Positions 21,674 through 30,889 of a stretch of DNA of 64,000 nucleotides are shown in pieces. Origin of the DNA: an uncultured Pelagibacteraceae bacterium. Lineage in GTDB: Bacteria > Pseudomonadota > Alphaproteobacteria > Pelagibacterales > Pelagibacteraceae. The stretch's first letter is position 1, and each line of letters opens with the position of its first letter. The stretch spans positions 7,591 through 71,590 of the forward strand of contig CACJLM010000001.1 in assembly GCA_902594245.1 (NCBI GenBank), in the 5' to 3' direction. A program made the position numbers and the translations under genes. The notes beneath the pieces are model-generated. The model saw only the letters and a program-made list of their open reading frames with translations, was not told the DNA's origin and made no database searches.

Positions 21674-22336
21674 ATGAGAGATACAGATCAGCAAATTATA
21701 AAATTTAACCACGATAACAATATGTCAAAAGATGATTTCTTTGTTTCAAAAAGTAATAAACATATTTTTGATTTAATAAATACTTGGCCTCGATGGGAAA
21801 AAAATTTTTTAAATATTTGTGGAGAAAAATTTTCAGGTAAAACACATTTAATAAATATTTTTCTTAAAAAATTTCAAGGAATTAAGTTTGAAGCAAATTT
21901 ACTAGATAATAAAAAACTTAAAGAAATAAAAGTTTACCAAAATATAATTTTGGAAAATTTAGATAAAAATGTCAATGAAAAATTATTTTATACTTTAATA
22001 AATATAATTGAACAGGATAATAAGTATTTGATAGTTACCTCAGATAAATTGATAGTCGATATAGAATTTAAATTAGATGATTTAAAATCAAGAGCTAAAA
22101 ATTTTTTATTGCAAAATATAGAAAAACCTGATGATGACTTAATCTTTGCTCTTTTGATTAAAAACTTATCAGATCGTCAAATTTCTATACAAAAAAAATT
22201 AATTGATTACATTATAAACAGAATTAATAGATCTTATGGAAAAATATTTGAATTTATATATAAGATCGACGAAATGAGCTTAAAAAAGAAAAAATCAATT
22301 GATTTAAAAATTATTAAAGATGTTTTAGGAGAATAA
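21674..22336 (+). CDS. hdaA: DnaA regulatory inactivator Hda/HdaA-like AAA+ protein
   Basis: QIIKF clamp-like motif, FFVSKSN, GEKFSGKTHL, DLKSR. Confidence 0.8.
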   Translation: MRDTDQQIIKFNHDNNMSKDDFFVSKSNKHIFDLINTWPRWEKNFLNICGEKFSGKTHLINIFLKKFQGIKFEANLLDNKKLKEIKVYQNIILENLDKNVNEKLFYTLINIIEQDNKYLIVTSDKLIVDIEFKLDDLKSRAKNFLLQNIEKPDDDLIFALLIKNLSDRQISIQKKLIDYIINRINRSYGKIFEFIYKIDEMSLKKKKSIDLKIIKDVLGE

Positions 22337-24121
22337 TTGAATAAATATAGAACTCATAATTGTAATGAATTAAGAAAAAAAGATGTGGGTAGTAAAGTTT
22401 TGCTATCTGGATGGATTAATAAAAAAAGAGATCATGGAAATCTTTTATTTATTGATTTAAGAGATAATTTTGGAATTACTCAATGTATTATTGATAAAGA
22501 AAACTCATCTTTTTCTAAATTAGAAAAAATACAGTTGGAAACAGTCATAAGAATAGAGGGGAATGTAGTAAATAGATCAACTGAAACAATAAATAAAGAA
22601 ATTGATACAGGTGAAGTTGAAATCTCGATTGATAATTTTAAAGTTTTAGGCACTTGCCAAGAATTGCCAATGCCAGTTTTTAGCGATCAAGAGTATGCAG
22701 AGGAAATAAGACTGAAGTACAGATTTTTAGATCTGAGAAGAAAAAAGATACATGAAAACATTATATTAAGGTCAAAAGTTATTTCATTTATTAGAAATGA
22801 AATGAATAGACTCGGATTTTTAGAATATCAAACACCTATTTTGACATCATCAAGTCCTGAAGGCGCTAGAGATTTTTTAGTACCTAGTAGATTAAATCCT
22901 GGAAAATTTTATGCACTTCCTCAAGCTCCTCAACAATTTAAACAACTTATTATGGTCTCAGGTTTTGATAAATATTTTCAGATTGCACCTTGTTTTAGAG
23001 ATGAAGATGCAAGAGCAGACAGAAGTCCTGGAGAGTTTTATCAACTTGACTTAGAAATGTCATTTGTTGAACAAGAAGATGTTTTCAATATTGTTGAAAA
23101 ATTATTAGTTAATACTTTTAAAGAATTTTCAAAAAAGGAATTAATTTTTGATAAGTTTCCAAAGATTTCTTATAAGGATGCTTTATTAAAATATGGGACT
23201 GATAAGCCCGACCTAAGAAATCCACTTATAATTAATGACGTTACTGAAATTTTTTTAAGAGATGATGTGTCTTTTGATATCTTCAAAAAGCTTGTTAAAT
23301 TAGGGTCTAATGTAAGATGCATAGTTACTAAAAATACCAAAAATAATCCCAGAAGTTTTTTTGATGGTATTGATAAATGGGCTAAAGACCAAGGCGCATC
23401 TGGTATGGCTTATTTTACACTTGAGAAAGAAAAATCAATTTCAGCTAAAGGACCGGTTGGAAAATTTTTTTCTGAAGACTCCTTAAAAGAATTAATGAAA
23501 AAAACTAATGCTGAAGTGGGAGATAGTATATTTTTTGCTTGTGGTAAATTAAAAGAATTACAAAGAATTACTTCTTTAGCGAGAGATAAAATCGCAAATG
23601 AACTTAAATTAATTGATGACAATTCATTTGCTTTTTGTTGGATAGTTGATTATCCGATGTTTGAAGAGGACGAACAAACTAAAAAAATTAAGTTTAGCCA
23701 CAATCCTTTTTCTATGCCTCAAGGAGATATAGATAAAATAAATTTTAAAAAACCATTAGAAATTCTTGCATATCAATATGATATTGTTTGTAATGGAATT
23801 GAACTTTCATCAGGTGCTATAAGGAATCATATCCCTGAACTAATGTATAAACTTTTTTCAATTGCAGGCTATGAAAAAAAACAAGTGGATGAAAAATTTA
23901 GTGGTATGATTAATGCCTTAAGTTATGGAGCTCCTCCCCATGGTGGAATTGCTCCTGGAATTGACAGAATAGTGATGCTTTTAGCAAATGAGAAAAATAT
24001 AAGAGAGGTAACAATGTTTCCAATGAACCAAAACGCTCAAGATTTAATGATGAATGCTCCATCAGAAATAAATGAAGACCAACTTAAAGAATTAAGCTTA
24101 TCTTTAAGATTAAAAAAATAA
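22337..24121 (+). CDS. aspS: Aspartate-tRNA ligase, probably non-discriminating (Asp/Asn)
   Basis: YRTHNC, RDHG (His typical of non-discriminating enzymes), LPQAPQ, CFRDED, GAPPHGG; TTG start. Confidence 0.97.
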   Translation: MNKYRTHNCNELRKKDVGSKVLLSGWINKKRDHGNLLFIDLRDNFGITQCIIDKENSSFSKLEKIQLETVIRIEGNVVNRSTETINKEIDTGEVEISIDNFKVLGTCQELPMPVFSDQEYAEEIRLKYRFLDLRRKKIHENIILRSKVISFIRNEMNRLGFLEYQTPILTSSSPEGARDFLVPSRLNPGKFYALPQAPQQFKQLIMVSGFDKYFQIAPCFRDEDARADRSPGEFYQLDLEMSFVEQEDVFNIVEKLLVNTFKEFSKKELIFDKFPKISYKDALLKYGTDKPDLRNPLIINDVTEIFLRDDVSFDIFKKLVKLGSNVRCIVTKNTKNNPRSFFDGIDKWAKDQGASGMAYFTLEKEKSISAKGPVGKFFSEDSLKELMKKTNAEVGDSIFFACGKLKELQRITSLARDKIANELKLIDDNSFAFCWIVDYPMFEEDEQTKKIKFSHNPFSMPQGDIDKINFKKPLEILAYQYDIVCNGIELSSGAIRNHIPELMYKLFSIAGYEKKQVDEKFSGMINALSYGAPPHGGIAPGIDRIVMLLANEKNIREVTMFPMNQNAQDLMMNAPSEINEDQLKELSLSLRLKK

Positions 24122-24946
24122 TTATTTTTTTCCTTTTAGATTGATTTTTACATCAGATAAATCTACCAGATTTTTTTTGTAGTTATTTCTTACAAAACCT
24201 TTACTAGTAATATCTTTAACAATTTTTAAAAGTTGATTTTGGTCATCTGAATTTTTTTCATCTATATTAATGCTGTCATTTGAACCTATTGAGGGAGTGT
24301 GAGCTAGATCCTCTCTATTTTGATAAGAAATAGCTAATTCTCTAAAAATATAATCTAAAATTGATGAAGCACTTAAAATTCTATCATTACCGTGAACTTT
24401 TCCAGACGGCTCAAATTTTGTGCCAACAAATGCACTTATAAATTCATCTAATGGCACACCATATTGAAGACCTAGTGAAATAGCTATTGCAAAGTTATTC
24501 ATCAGGGCTTTTACAAGCTCACCTTCCTTACTAGTATCAATAAATATCTCTCCAATTTTCCCATCTTCATATTCTCCAGTATGTAGGTATACTTTATGGT
24601 CCCCAATAGTAGCTTTTTGGATATATCCTTTTCTTCTGTCTGGCATACTAAATCTTTTACTACTTTTTTCTGATACTTTATTACTGCCTTTAATAATATT
24701 TTCTATATTTGTTGAATTAGTTTGTTTATTTTCTGAGGAAATATTAATTTTTTTGGTTTCTATTACTTTATTATTATTAGGGTCTAAACTTTTGGTCTTT
24801 CTATTATCAAGCTTTACATCTAATACTTCAAAGTTTCCATCATCCCTTTTTTCAAGATTTTTTAATTCAGTTTCATTAATATCATCTAGATAGTGGTTTA
24901 CTTTGAAAGTACATGTATAATAAGTTTCAACTAAATATTTTGCCAT
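24122..24946 (-). CDS. Stand-alone protein containing the class II RNR (NrdJ) C-terminal TSCPD-like domain; no catalytic core
   Basis: [58 protein letters not shown] matches the NrdJ C-terminus; only 274 aa. Confidence 0.8.
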   Translation of the reverse strand: MAKYLVETYYTCTFKVNHYLDDINETELKNLEKRDDGNFEVLDVKLDNRKTKSLDPNNNKVIETKKINISSENKQTNSTNIENIIKGSNKVSEKSSKRFSMPDRRKGYIQKATIGDHKVYLHTGEYEDGKIGEIFIDTSKEGELVKALMNNFAIAISLGLQYGVPLDEFISAFVGTKFEPSGKVHGNDRILSASSILDYIFRELAISYQNREDLAHTPSIGSNDSINIDEKNSDDQNQLLKIVKDITSKGFVRNNYKKNLVDLSDVKINLKGKK

Positions 24947-25060
24947 TTGACCCCAATAATTTAAAATTAATTTGAATTAAGATTCAATTTATTTATATAC
25001 AAATTCAAATTTTAGTCTAATTTAATTTATACAATTTAGAATTGAAAAAAAAAAAATTAT

Positions 25061-25420
25061 ATGTTGACACTTTTAAAAAAAATTTTCACTTGGTGGAATC
25101 GTGATACTTTTGGAACAAAAATCAAAACCATCCTATATGGAAAATTAGTAGGCAAAGATGCTTTTGGAAATAAATACTATGAAAGTAAAAAAGGAAAAAG
25201 ATGGGTTATTTATTCGGGTGAAATTGATGCATCAAAAATTCCAGTTGAATGGTATTCTTGGATACATTTTACTTCTAATAAAATAGAAAAAAATCATGAA
25301 TTAAAAAAATACGATTGGCAAAAACCTCATCAGCCAAATTTAACAGGTACAGAATCAGCATATTATCCAAATAAAAATAAAAAAATTAATGAAAAAAAAT
25401 ATAAAACCTGGAAAAATTAA
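25061..25420 (+). CDS. NDUFA12-family (complex I 17.2 kDa subunit) protein
   Basis: GKLVGKDAFGNKYY, RWVIY, IPVEWYSWIH, NLTGT. Confidence 0.92.
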   Translation: MLTLLKKIFTWWNRDTFGTKIKTILYGKLVGKDAFGNKYYESKKGKRWVIYSGEIDASKIPVEWYSWIHFTSNKIEKNHELKKYDWQKPHQPNLTGTESAYYPNKNKKINEKKYKTWKN

Positions 25421-25790
25421 ATTTTATCTTTTTTTATCTACATTATTTTTTGCACTGATATTCTCATTAAATTTAAATTCAGCCAGTAATTTAGAGGGAG
25501 ATTTTACCGAAATAAATGTTTTGGACAAGATAAGTTCAAAAAAAACACTTGTTAAACTTAAAAATGGTGAGGAAACTAGACATAAAGATCTATCTATAAA
25601 AAGTATGAAATGTAAAAATTCTGAATTTGATGATGACCCTGAAATTATTGCTTATGTTCAAGTAAAAGACCTTACAAGTAAAAATAAAAATGATGTTTTT
25701 GTGTTTAATGGTTGGATGTTTTCATCTAGTCCTTCTATAGCTCCATTTGATCATCCAGTTTATGATATTTGGCTTGTGAAATGTTATTAA
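25389..25790 (+). CDS. DUF2155 exported protein
   Basis: LDKIS, FNGWMFSSSPS...FDHPVYDIWLVKC. Confidence 0.88.
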   Translation: MKKNIKPGKIKFYLFLSTLFFALIFSLNLNSASNLEGDFTEINVLDKISSKKTLVKLKNGEETRHKDLSIKSMKCKNSEFDDDPEIIAYVQVKDLTSKNKNDVFVFNGWMFSSSPSIAPFDHPVYDIWLVKCY

Positions 25791-27124
25791 AGTATTTTGT
25801 CATTATCAAGCCAGCTTACATTAAAGTCTGAATTGATAAATTTTTTATGGTTTAGAAGTTTTTTATGTAAAGGTATAGTAGTTGTAATTCCTTCAATAAC
25901 AAATTCATCTAGTGATCTATTCATTCTTTGAATTGCTTCAACTCTATTTCTTCCATGACAAATAAGTTTACATACCATACTGTCATAATATGGAGTTACT
26001 TTATATCCTTGATAAATAGCACCATCAACTCTAGTTCTAAAACCTGACGGCTGATGACACATACCTATTGTTCCTGGAGAAGGTTGAAAATTCTTACTAG
26101 GATCTTCAGCATTTATTCTACACTCTATTGCATGACCTCTTGGTTTTATATCTGATTGTTTTAAAGCTGTTTCACCTGTAAAAGCAATATTGATTTGTTC
26201 TTTGATTATATCGATACCAGTAACCATTTCTGATACTGGGTGTTCTACTTGAACTCTAGTATTCATTTCTAAAAAATAAAATTTTCCATCTTCATAAATA
26301 AATTCAACAGTGCCAGCTCCCTCATAACCAATTTTACTTACCATATTTACTGTTTTTTCAAAAAGATCGTTTCTAATTTCATCGTTTAAAACTGGACTAG
26401 GAGTTTCCTCTATTAGTTTTTGATGTCTTCTTTGAACTGAACAATCTCGCTCATGAAGATGAACAGTTCTATTTTTCCCTGCTAAAATTTGAACTTCAAT
26501 ATGTCTCGGGTTTTGAAAAAATTTTTCAATATACACTTCGTCATTACCAAAATATTTTTGAGCTTCAGATTTCGCTGTTGAAAAGAGAGTTTCAAAATCT
26601 GCTTCTTTTTGAACTATCTTCATTCCTTTTCCACCACCACCACCAGAGGCTTTAATTAAAACTGGAAAACCAATTTTTTTACAAAGTTCTTTTGCCTCCT
26701 TAATATCTTTCACACCACCTTCAGAACCTTCTATAACGGGCAATCCATTTTCTTTCGCTATTTTTTTTGCTTGGATTTTGTCGCCCATCATTTTTATATG
26801 TTTAGAAGATGCACCAATAAATTTAATTTTATTTTCTTCCAAAACTTTTGCAAAATTGGCATTTTCAGAAAGAAAACCATAACCTGGATGGACTGCTTCT
26901 GAATTAGTTAAATCGATTGCAGATAATAACGCAGGGATATTCAAGTAACTATTAGCTGGTTGATGAGAACCGATACAAACACTTTCATCAGCTAATCTTA
27001 CATGCATGCTGTCTCTGTCCACATCAGAATGAACAGCAACAGTAGAAATACCCCATTCTTTACAAGCTCTAATAACTCTAACTGCAATCTCCCCACGGTT
27101 AGCAATTAAAATTTTTTTAAACAT
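25787..27124 (-). CDS. accC: Acetyl-CoA carboxylase biotin carboxylase
   Basis: ANRGEIA, HPGYGFLSEN, RDCSVQRRHQK, EMNTR. Confidence 0.97.
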   Translation of the reverse strand: MFKKILIANRGEIAVRVIRACKEWGISTVAVHSDVDRDSMHVRLADESVCIGSHQPANSYLNIPALLSAIDLTNSEAVHPGYGFLSENANFAKVLEENKIKFIGASSKHIKMMGDKIQAKKIAKENGLPVIEGSEGGVKDIKEAKELCKKIGFPVLIKASGGGGGKGMKIVQKEADFETLFSTAKSEAQKYFGNDEVYIEKFFQNPRHIEVQILAGKNRTVHLHERDCSVQRRHQKLIEETPSPVLNDEIRNDLFEKTVNMVSKIGYEGAGTVEFIYEDGKFYFLEMNTRVQVEHPVSEMVTGIDIIKEQINIAFTGETALKQSDIKPRGHAIECRINAEDPSKNFQPSPGTIGMCHQPSGFRTRVDGAIYQGYKVTPYYDSMVCKLICHGRNRVEAIQRMNRSLDEFVIEGITTTIPLHKKLLNHKKFINSDFNVSWLDNDKIL

Positions 27125-27555
27125 TATTCCAAAGTGATTAAAACTTGACCAAATTCAACTGGTTGGCCATCAGATACAAGTACTTGTTTTACTACCCCAT
27201 CAGAAGTTGATGGAACATGATTCATTGTCTTCATTGCTTCAACGATCATTATCGTATCTCCTTTTTTAATTTTTTTTCCTACTTCAACAAATTTTTTGGC
27301 TCCTGGTTCTGGCGCATGGTATGCAGTACCAATAATTGGAGATGTAATTTCTATTCCAGAGATTACAGCCTTTTTAGTTTTGGACTCATTTGCTTCTGAA
27401 AAATTGCTAGGGCTAGATATGGATTGATTGTTTACAGATATATTGTTTTTAGATACTTTAATTTTTGTATCTTTTTCTGTGTATTCTAATTCAGTTAGAT
27501 TAAATTCGTTTAAACAATCTGTTAATTCTTGAATAATTTTTTTATCAATTTTCAT
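27124..27555 (-). CDS. accB: Biotin carboxyl carrier protein
   Basis: EAMKTM biotinylation motif. Confidence 0.96.
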   Translation of the reverse strand: MKIDKKIIQELTDCLNEFNLTELEYTEKDTKIKVSKNNISVNNQSISSPSNFSEANESKTKKAVISGIEITSPIIGTAYHAPEPGAKKFVEVGKKIKKGDTIMIVEAMKTMNHVPSTSDGVVKQVLVSDGQPVEFGQVLITLE

Positions 27556-27992
27556 TTTTTTAAGAGCTTTTGCATAGAAATTATGGCTAAAATATAACCA
27601 TCAGCACCTAAACCAAAAATTCCACCTGTAACTATATCACTAATCAGAGATTTTTGTCTAAATTCTTCTCTTTTGTATATATTAGAAATATGTAATTCAA
27701 TTATGGGTTTTTTAAATATATCAAGAGCATCTCTTATAGCAACTGATGTATGTGTAAATGCAGCTGCATTAATTATAATACCATCATATTTATTTCTAGA
27801 CTCTTGAATTATATTTACTAATTCTCCTTCAATATTAGATTGAGCAAATTCAACTTTAAATCCCAGTTCTTCTGATTTTCGAAGACAATTTTCTTTTAAT
27901 TTGTCATAGCTTATTGATCCATATTGTGATTGTTCTCTTTCACCTAATAGATTAAGATTTGGACCATTAATAATAATTATTTTATTATTCAT
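27552..27992 (-). CDS. aroQ: Type II 3-dehydroquinate dehydratase
   Basis: NGPNLNLLGERE, THTSVA, ELHISN, REEFR. Confidence 0.97.
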   Translation of the reverse strand: MNNKIIIINGPNLNLLGEREQSQYGSISYDKLKENCLRKSEELGFKVEFAQSNIEGELVNIIQESRNKYDGIIINAAAFTHTSVAIRDALDIFKKPIIELHISNIYKREEFRQKSLISDIVTGGIFGLGADGYILAIISMQKLLKK

Positions 27993-28008
27993 TCAGCTTT
28001 TATATACG

Positions 28009-28227
28009 ATGAAAAAAATAAAAAAAATAAAAATTAAGGTAAATGGCAAAGTTAGGACAATTCAAGATAAAACAAATCTATCTAAATTAGTCAAGATTTT
28101 AAAAATACCCATTAAAAAAGTAGCTATTGAGTTAAATCAAGAGATAATAGATAAAAAAAAATTAAATAAGATTATGTTAAGAAATAAAGACAGTGTTGAA
28201 ATTGTTCATTTTATAGGAGGTGGTTAA
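28009..28227 (+). CDS. thiS: Sulfur carrier protein ThiS
   Basis: Ends EIVHFIGGG; directly upstream of thiG. Confidence 0.93.
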   Translation: MKKIKKIKIKVNGKVRTIQDKTNLSKLVKILKIPIKKVAIELNQEIIDKKKLNKIMLRNKDSVEIVHFIGGG

Positions 28228-29001
28228 TTGAAAAAAGATAAACTTGTAATAGCAAAAAAATCTTTTAGTTCTAGACTGATAGTGGGAACTGGAAAATACA
28301 GTTCAATGGCTCAATGTGCAAAAGCGATAAATTTGTCTGGAGCAGATATAGTTACTGTGGCCGTGAGGAGAGTAAACATTTCAGATAAAAAAAAACCTCT
28401 CTTAATGGATTTCATTGATCCAAAAAAAATTACTTATTTACCTAATACAGCCGGATGTTTTAATTCCAAAGAAGCACTCAGAACTTTGAGATTAGCAAGA
28501 GAAATTGGTGGATGGAAGTTAGTTAAATTGGAAGTTTTAGGAGATAAAAAAAATTTATTTCCTGAAATGATAGAAACTCTTAAATCTACAGAAATTTTAA
28601 CTAAAGAAGGTTTTAAAGTAATGGTTTATTGTAATGATGACCCACTTATGGCAAAAAGATTAGAAAATGTTGGAGCATCAGCAATTATGCCACTAGCTGC
28701 ACCAATCGGATCTGGCCTAGGAATTTTAAATAAAGTAAATATTGAAATAATTAGATCACAAACAAAACTTCCTTTAATTATTGATGCAGGTTTGGGTCAA
28801 GCATCTGATGCTACCATTGCGATGGAATTAGGATGTGATGGAGTTTTAGTAAATACAGCAATTGCAAAAGCCAAAAAACCTTTCGAAATGGCATTAGCTT
28901 TTAAAAATTCAGTTATTGCTGGGCGTCAATCATATCTTGCTGGCAGAATAGAAAAAAATTTAATGGGCAATCCCTCTTCTCCATTAAAAGGAATTATTTA
29001 G
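28228..29001 (+). CDS. thiG: Thiazole synthase
   Basis: SRLIVGTGKY, LPNTAGC, KLEV, MPLAAPIGSG; TTG start. Confidence 0.97.
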   Translation: MKKDKLVIAKKSFSSRLIVGTGKYSSMAQCAKAINLSGADIVTVAVRRVNISDKKKPLLMDFIDPKKITYLPNTAGCFNSKEALRTLRLAREIGGWKLVKLEVLGDKKNLFPEMIETLKSTEILTKEGFKVMVYCNDDPLMAKRLENVGASAIMPLAAPIGSGLGILNKVNIEIIRSQTKLPLIIDAGLGQASDATIAMELGCDGVLVNTAIAKAKKPFEMALAFKNSVIAGRQSYLAGRIEKNLMGNPSSPLKGII

Positions 29002-30793
29002 CTTTTTTAAAATATCTTTTTTTTTTGAAAATTTTCTTTTTTTTGAATTTTTTTATTTTTTTGAATTTAACAATATTGTTTTCAGTTTTAATTTTTTCTA
29101 GATTTCTTAATTTTTCGAAATGTTCAATTAATTCAAGTGTTTTTTTTGATTTATTTTTTAGATCTATTATGTATTCAGGAATTATCAAATTATTATCTGT
29201 AATTATATCAATTTTCATTTTGTTTTTATTTTCAAAATAAGTTAAATCATCAATAAAGTTTTCTTTTAAAAAATTCGAAATTTTTTCACAAACTTTTAAA
29301 TCAACAAATTTTGCTTTGTTTATAACAGTTTTTAATTCAACTAACTTTAATAATTTTAATGCAAAAGACTCATCTGTAAGATTTATTTTCCATTTTACTG
29401 CGCTTTCCCTTAACCTTTGTCGTGACATCTCCAAAAGACCGAAATTACTTATTCGCCCAATTTGAATTCTAGCTCTATCGCTTCGACATTTCTCTTTTAA
29501 TCTTCTTTCTACAAGTTTTCTATTTCCGTAACTAAGCATATCAATAAAGTCTATAATAATTAATCCAGACAAGTCTCTGATTTTGATTTGTCTTGCAATC
29601 TCATCTGCTGCTTCTAAATTTGTGTCTAATGCTGTGCTTTCAACATTTTTTTGTTTTATTGAACTTCCTGAGTTAATATCGATTGAAACAAGAGCCTCAG
29701 TTGGATTTATAACCAAATATCCTCCTGACGATAATTTTATTTCACTATCAAAAATTTGATTTAGTTTTTGTTCTATTCCCTCTTCAATGAAAAGAGGTAT
29801 TTTACCTCTATATTTTTTAATTTTTTTGACATGAGAAGGCATCATCATTTTCATAAAGTTTTGAGCTTTTTTATATCCCTCATTTCCTTCTATAATAATA
29901 CTTTTTGTATTTTCATCGTACATATCTCTTAATGTTCTTTTAATAATTTCGCTTTCCTGATGAATCAATGATGGAGCGATCGAATTAATAGCATTATCTT
30001 TTATTTGATTCCAAGTATTGATCAATGTTGTAAGATCATGGTTAATTTCATTTTTAGTTTTATTGCTCCCAGCAGTCCGAACAATTAATCCCATTTCTTT
30101 TGGAATTTCTATCTCATTAAGTATCGATCTTATTTTTTTTCTGTCAGCAGGATTAAATATTTTTCTTGAGATTCCACCCCCTTTAGGTGTGTTAGGCATT
30201 AAAACTATATATTTACCAGCTATTGAAATAAAAGTACTAAGTGCAGCTCCTTTTTGTCCTCGTTCATCTTTAATTACTTGAACAAGAATAACTTGGTTTG
30301 GTTTTATGACCTCTTGGATTTTATATCTTTTAAATTTAAATTTATTATCACTTTTTTTTTCTTTTTGATTATCTAAATTTTGTTTTTCATTTGCATTTTT
30401 ATCTTCTAAAGGATCTTCTTTTTCTATGGGATCTTGTAAATTTAAGTTTCCATCAGCTAAATTTTCTTCCTCTTTTGCTTCAACCTCTTTTGATAATTCT
30501 TCTCTAGCTTTTTCTTCTTGTTGTTTAATTATCTCTAAGTCACTTCTAGGAATTTGATAATAATCTGATTGAATATCATTAAAAGACAGAAACCCATGTC
30601 TATCTCTACCAAAGTCGACAAAGGCCGCCTGTAAAGATGGTTCTATTCTACTAACTTTTCCAAGATAAATATTATTCTTAATAAGGTTATTTTTTAAACC
30701 CTCGTACTCGTAATCTTCAATATTACTTTCTGATTTAAGTACGACTCTAGTTTCATTTGGATGCGAAGCATCAATGTATAAATTTTTTTCCAT
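28994..30793 (-). CDS. rne: Ribonuclease E/G family, short form
   Basis: LQAAFVD S1 domain with acidic insertion, IVRTAG, IDINSG, IIDFIDM, EMSRQR. Confidence 0.93.
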   Translation of the reverse strand: MEKNLYIDASHPNETRVVLKSESNIEDYEYEGLKNNLIKNNIYLGKVSRIEPSLQAAFVDFGRDRHGFLSFNDIQSDYYQIPRSDLEIIKQQEEKAREELSKEVEAKEEENLADGNLNLQDPIEKEDPLEDKNANEKQNLDNQKEKKSDNKFKFKRYKIQEVIKPNQVILVQVIKDERGQKGAALSTFISIAGKYIVLMPNTPKGGGISRKIFNPADRKKIRSILNEIEIPKEMGLIVRTAGSNKTKNEINHDLTTLINTWNQIKDNAINSIAPSLIHQESEIIKRTLRDMYDENTKSIIIEGNEGYKKAQNFMKMMMPSHVKKIKKYRGKIPLFIEEGIEQKLNQIFDSEIKLSSGGYLVINPTEALVSIDINSGSSIKQKNVESTALDTNLEAADEIARQIKIRDLSGLIIIDFIDMLSYGNRKLVERRLKEKCRSDRARIQIGRISNFGLLEMSRQRLRESAVKWKINLTDESFALKLLKLVELKTVINKAKFVDLKVCEKISNFLKENFIDDLTYFENKNKMKIDIITDNNLIIPEYIIDLKNKSKKTLELIEHFEKLRNLEKIKTENNIVKFKKIKKFKKKKIFKKKRYFKKAK

Positions 30794-30889
30794 AATTTGA
30801 TATTTGATTGATTCATTAAATATTTTATAAATTTTGTTTTTATTCTAATGCCTTATCTTTAACAAATTCCTATATATAATGGAATCAAA

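Noticed and set aside
24122-24946. Functional ribonucleotide reductase or pseudogene
   Set aside because: Too short and lacks catalytic cysteines for an RNR, yet it is an intact ORF without lesions, so not called a pseudogene.
27993-28008. TPP riboswitch before thiS-thiG
   Set aside because: Only 16 bp of intergenic space and no aptamer consensus.
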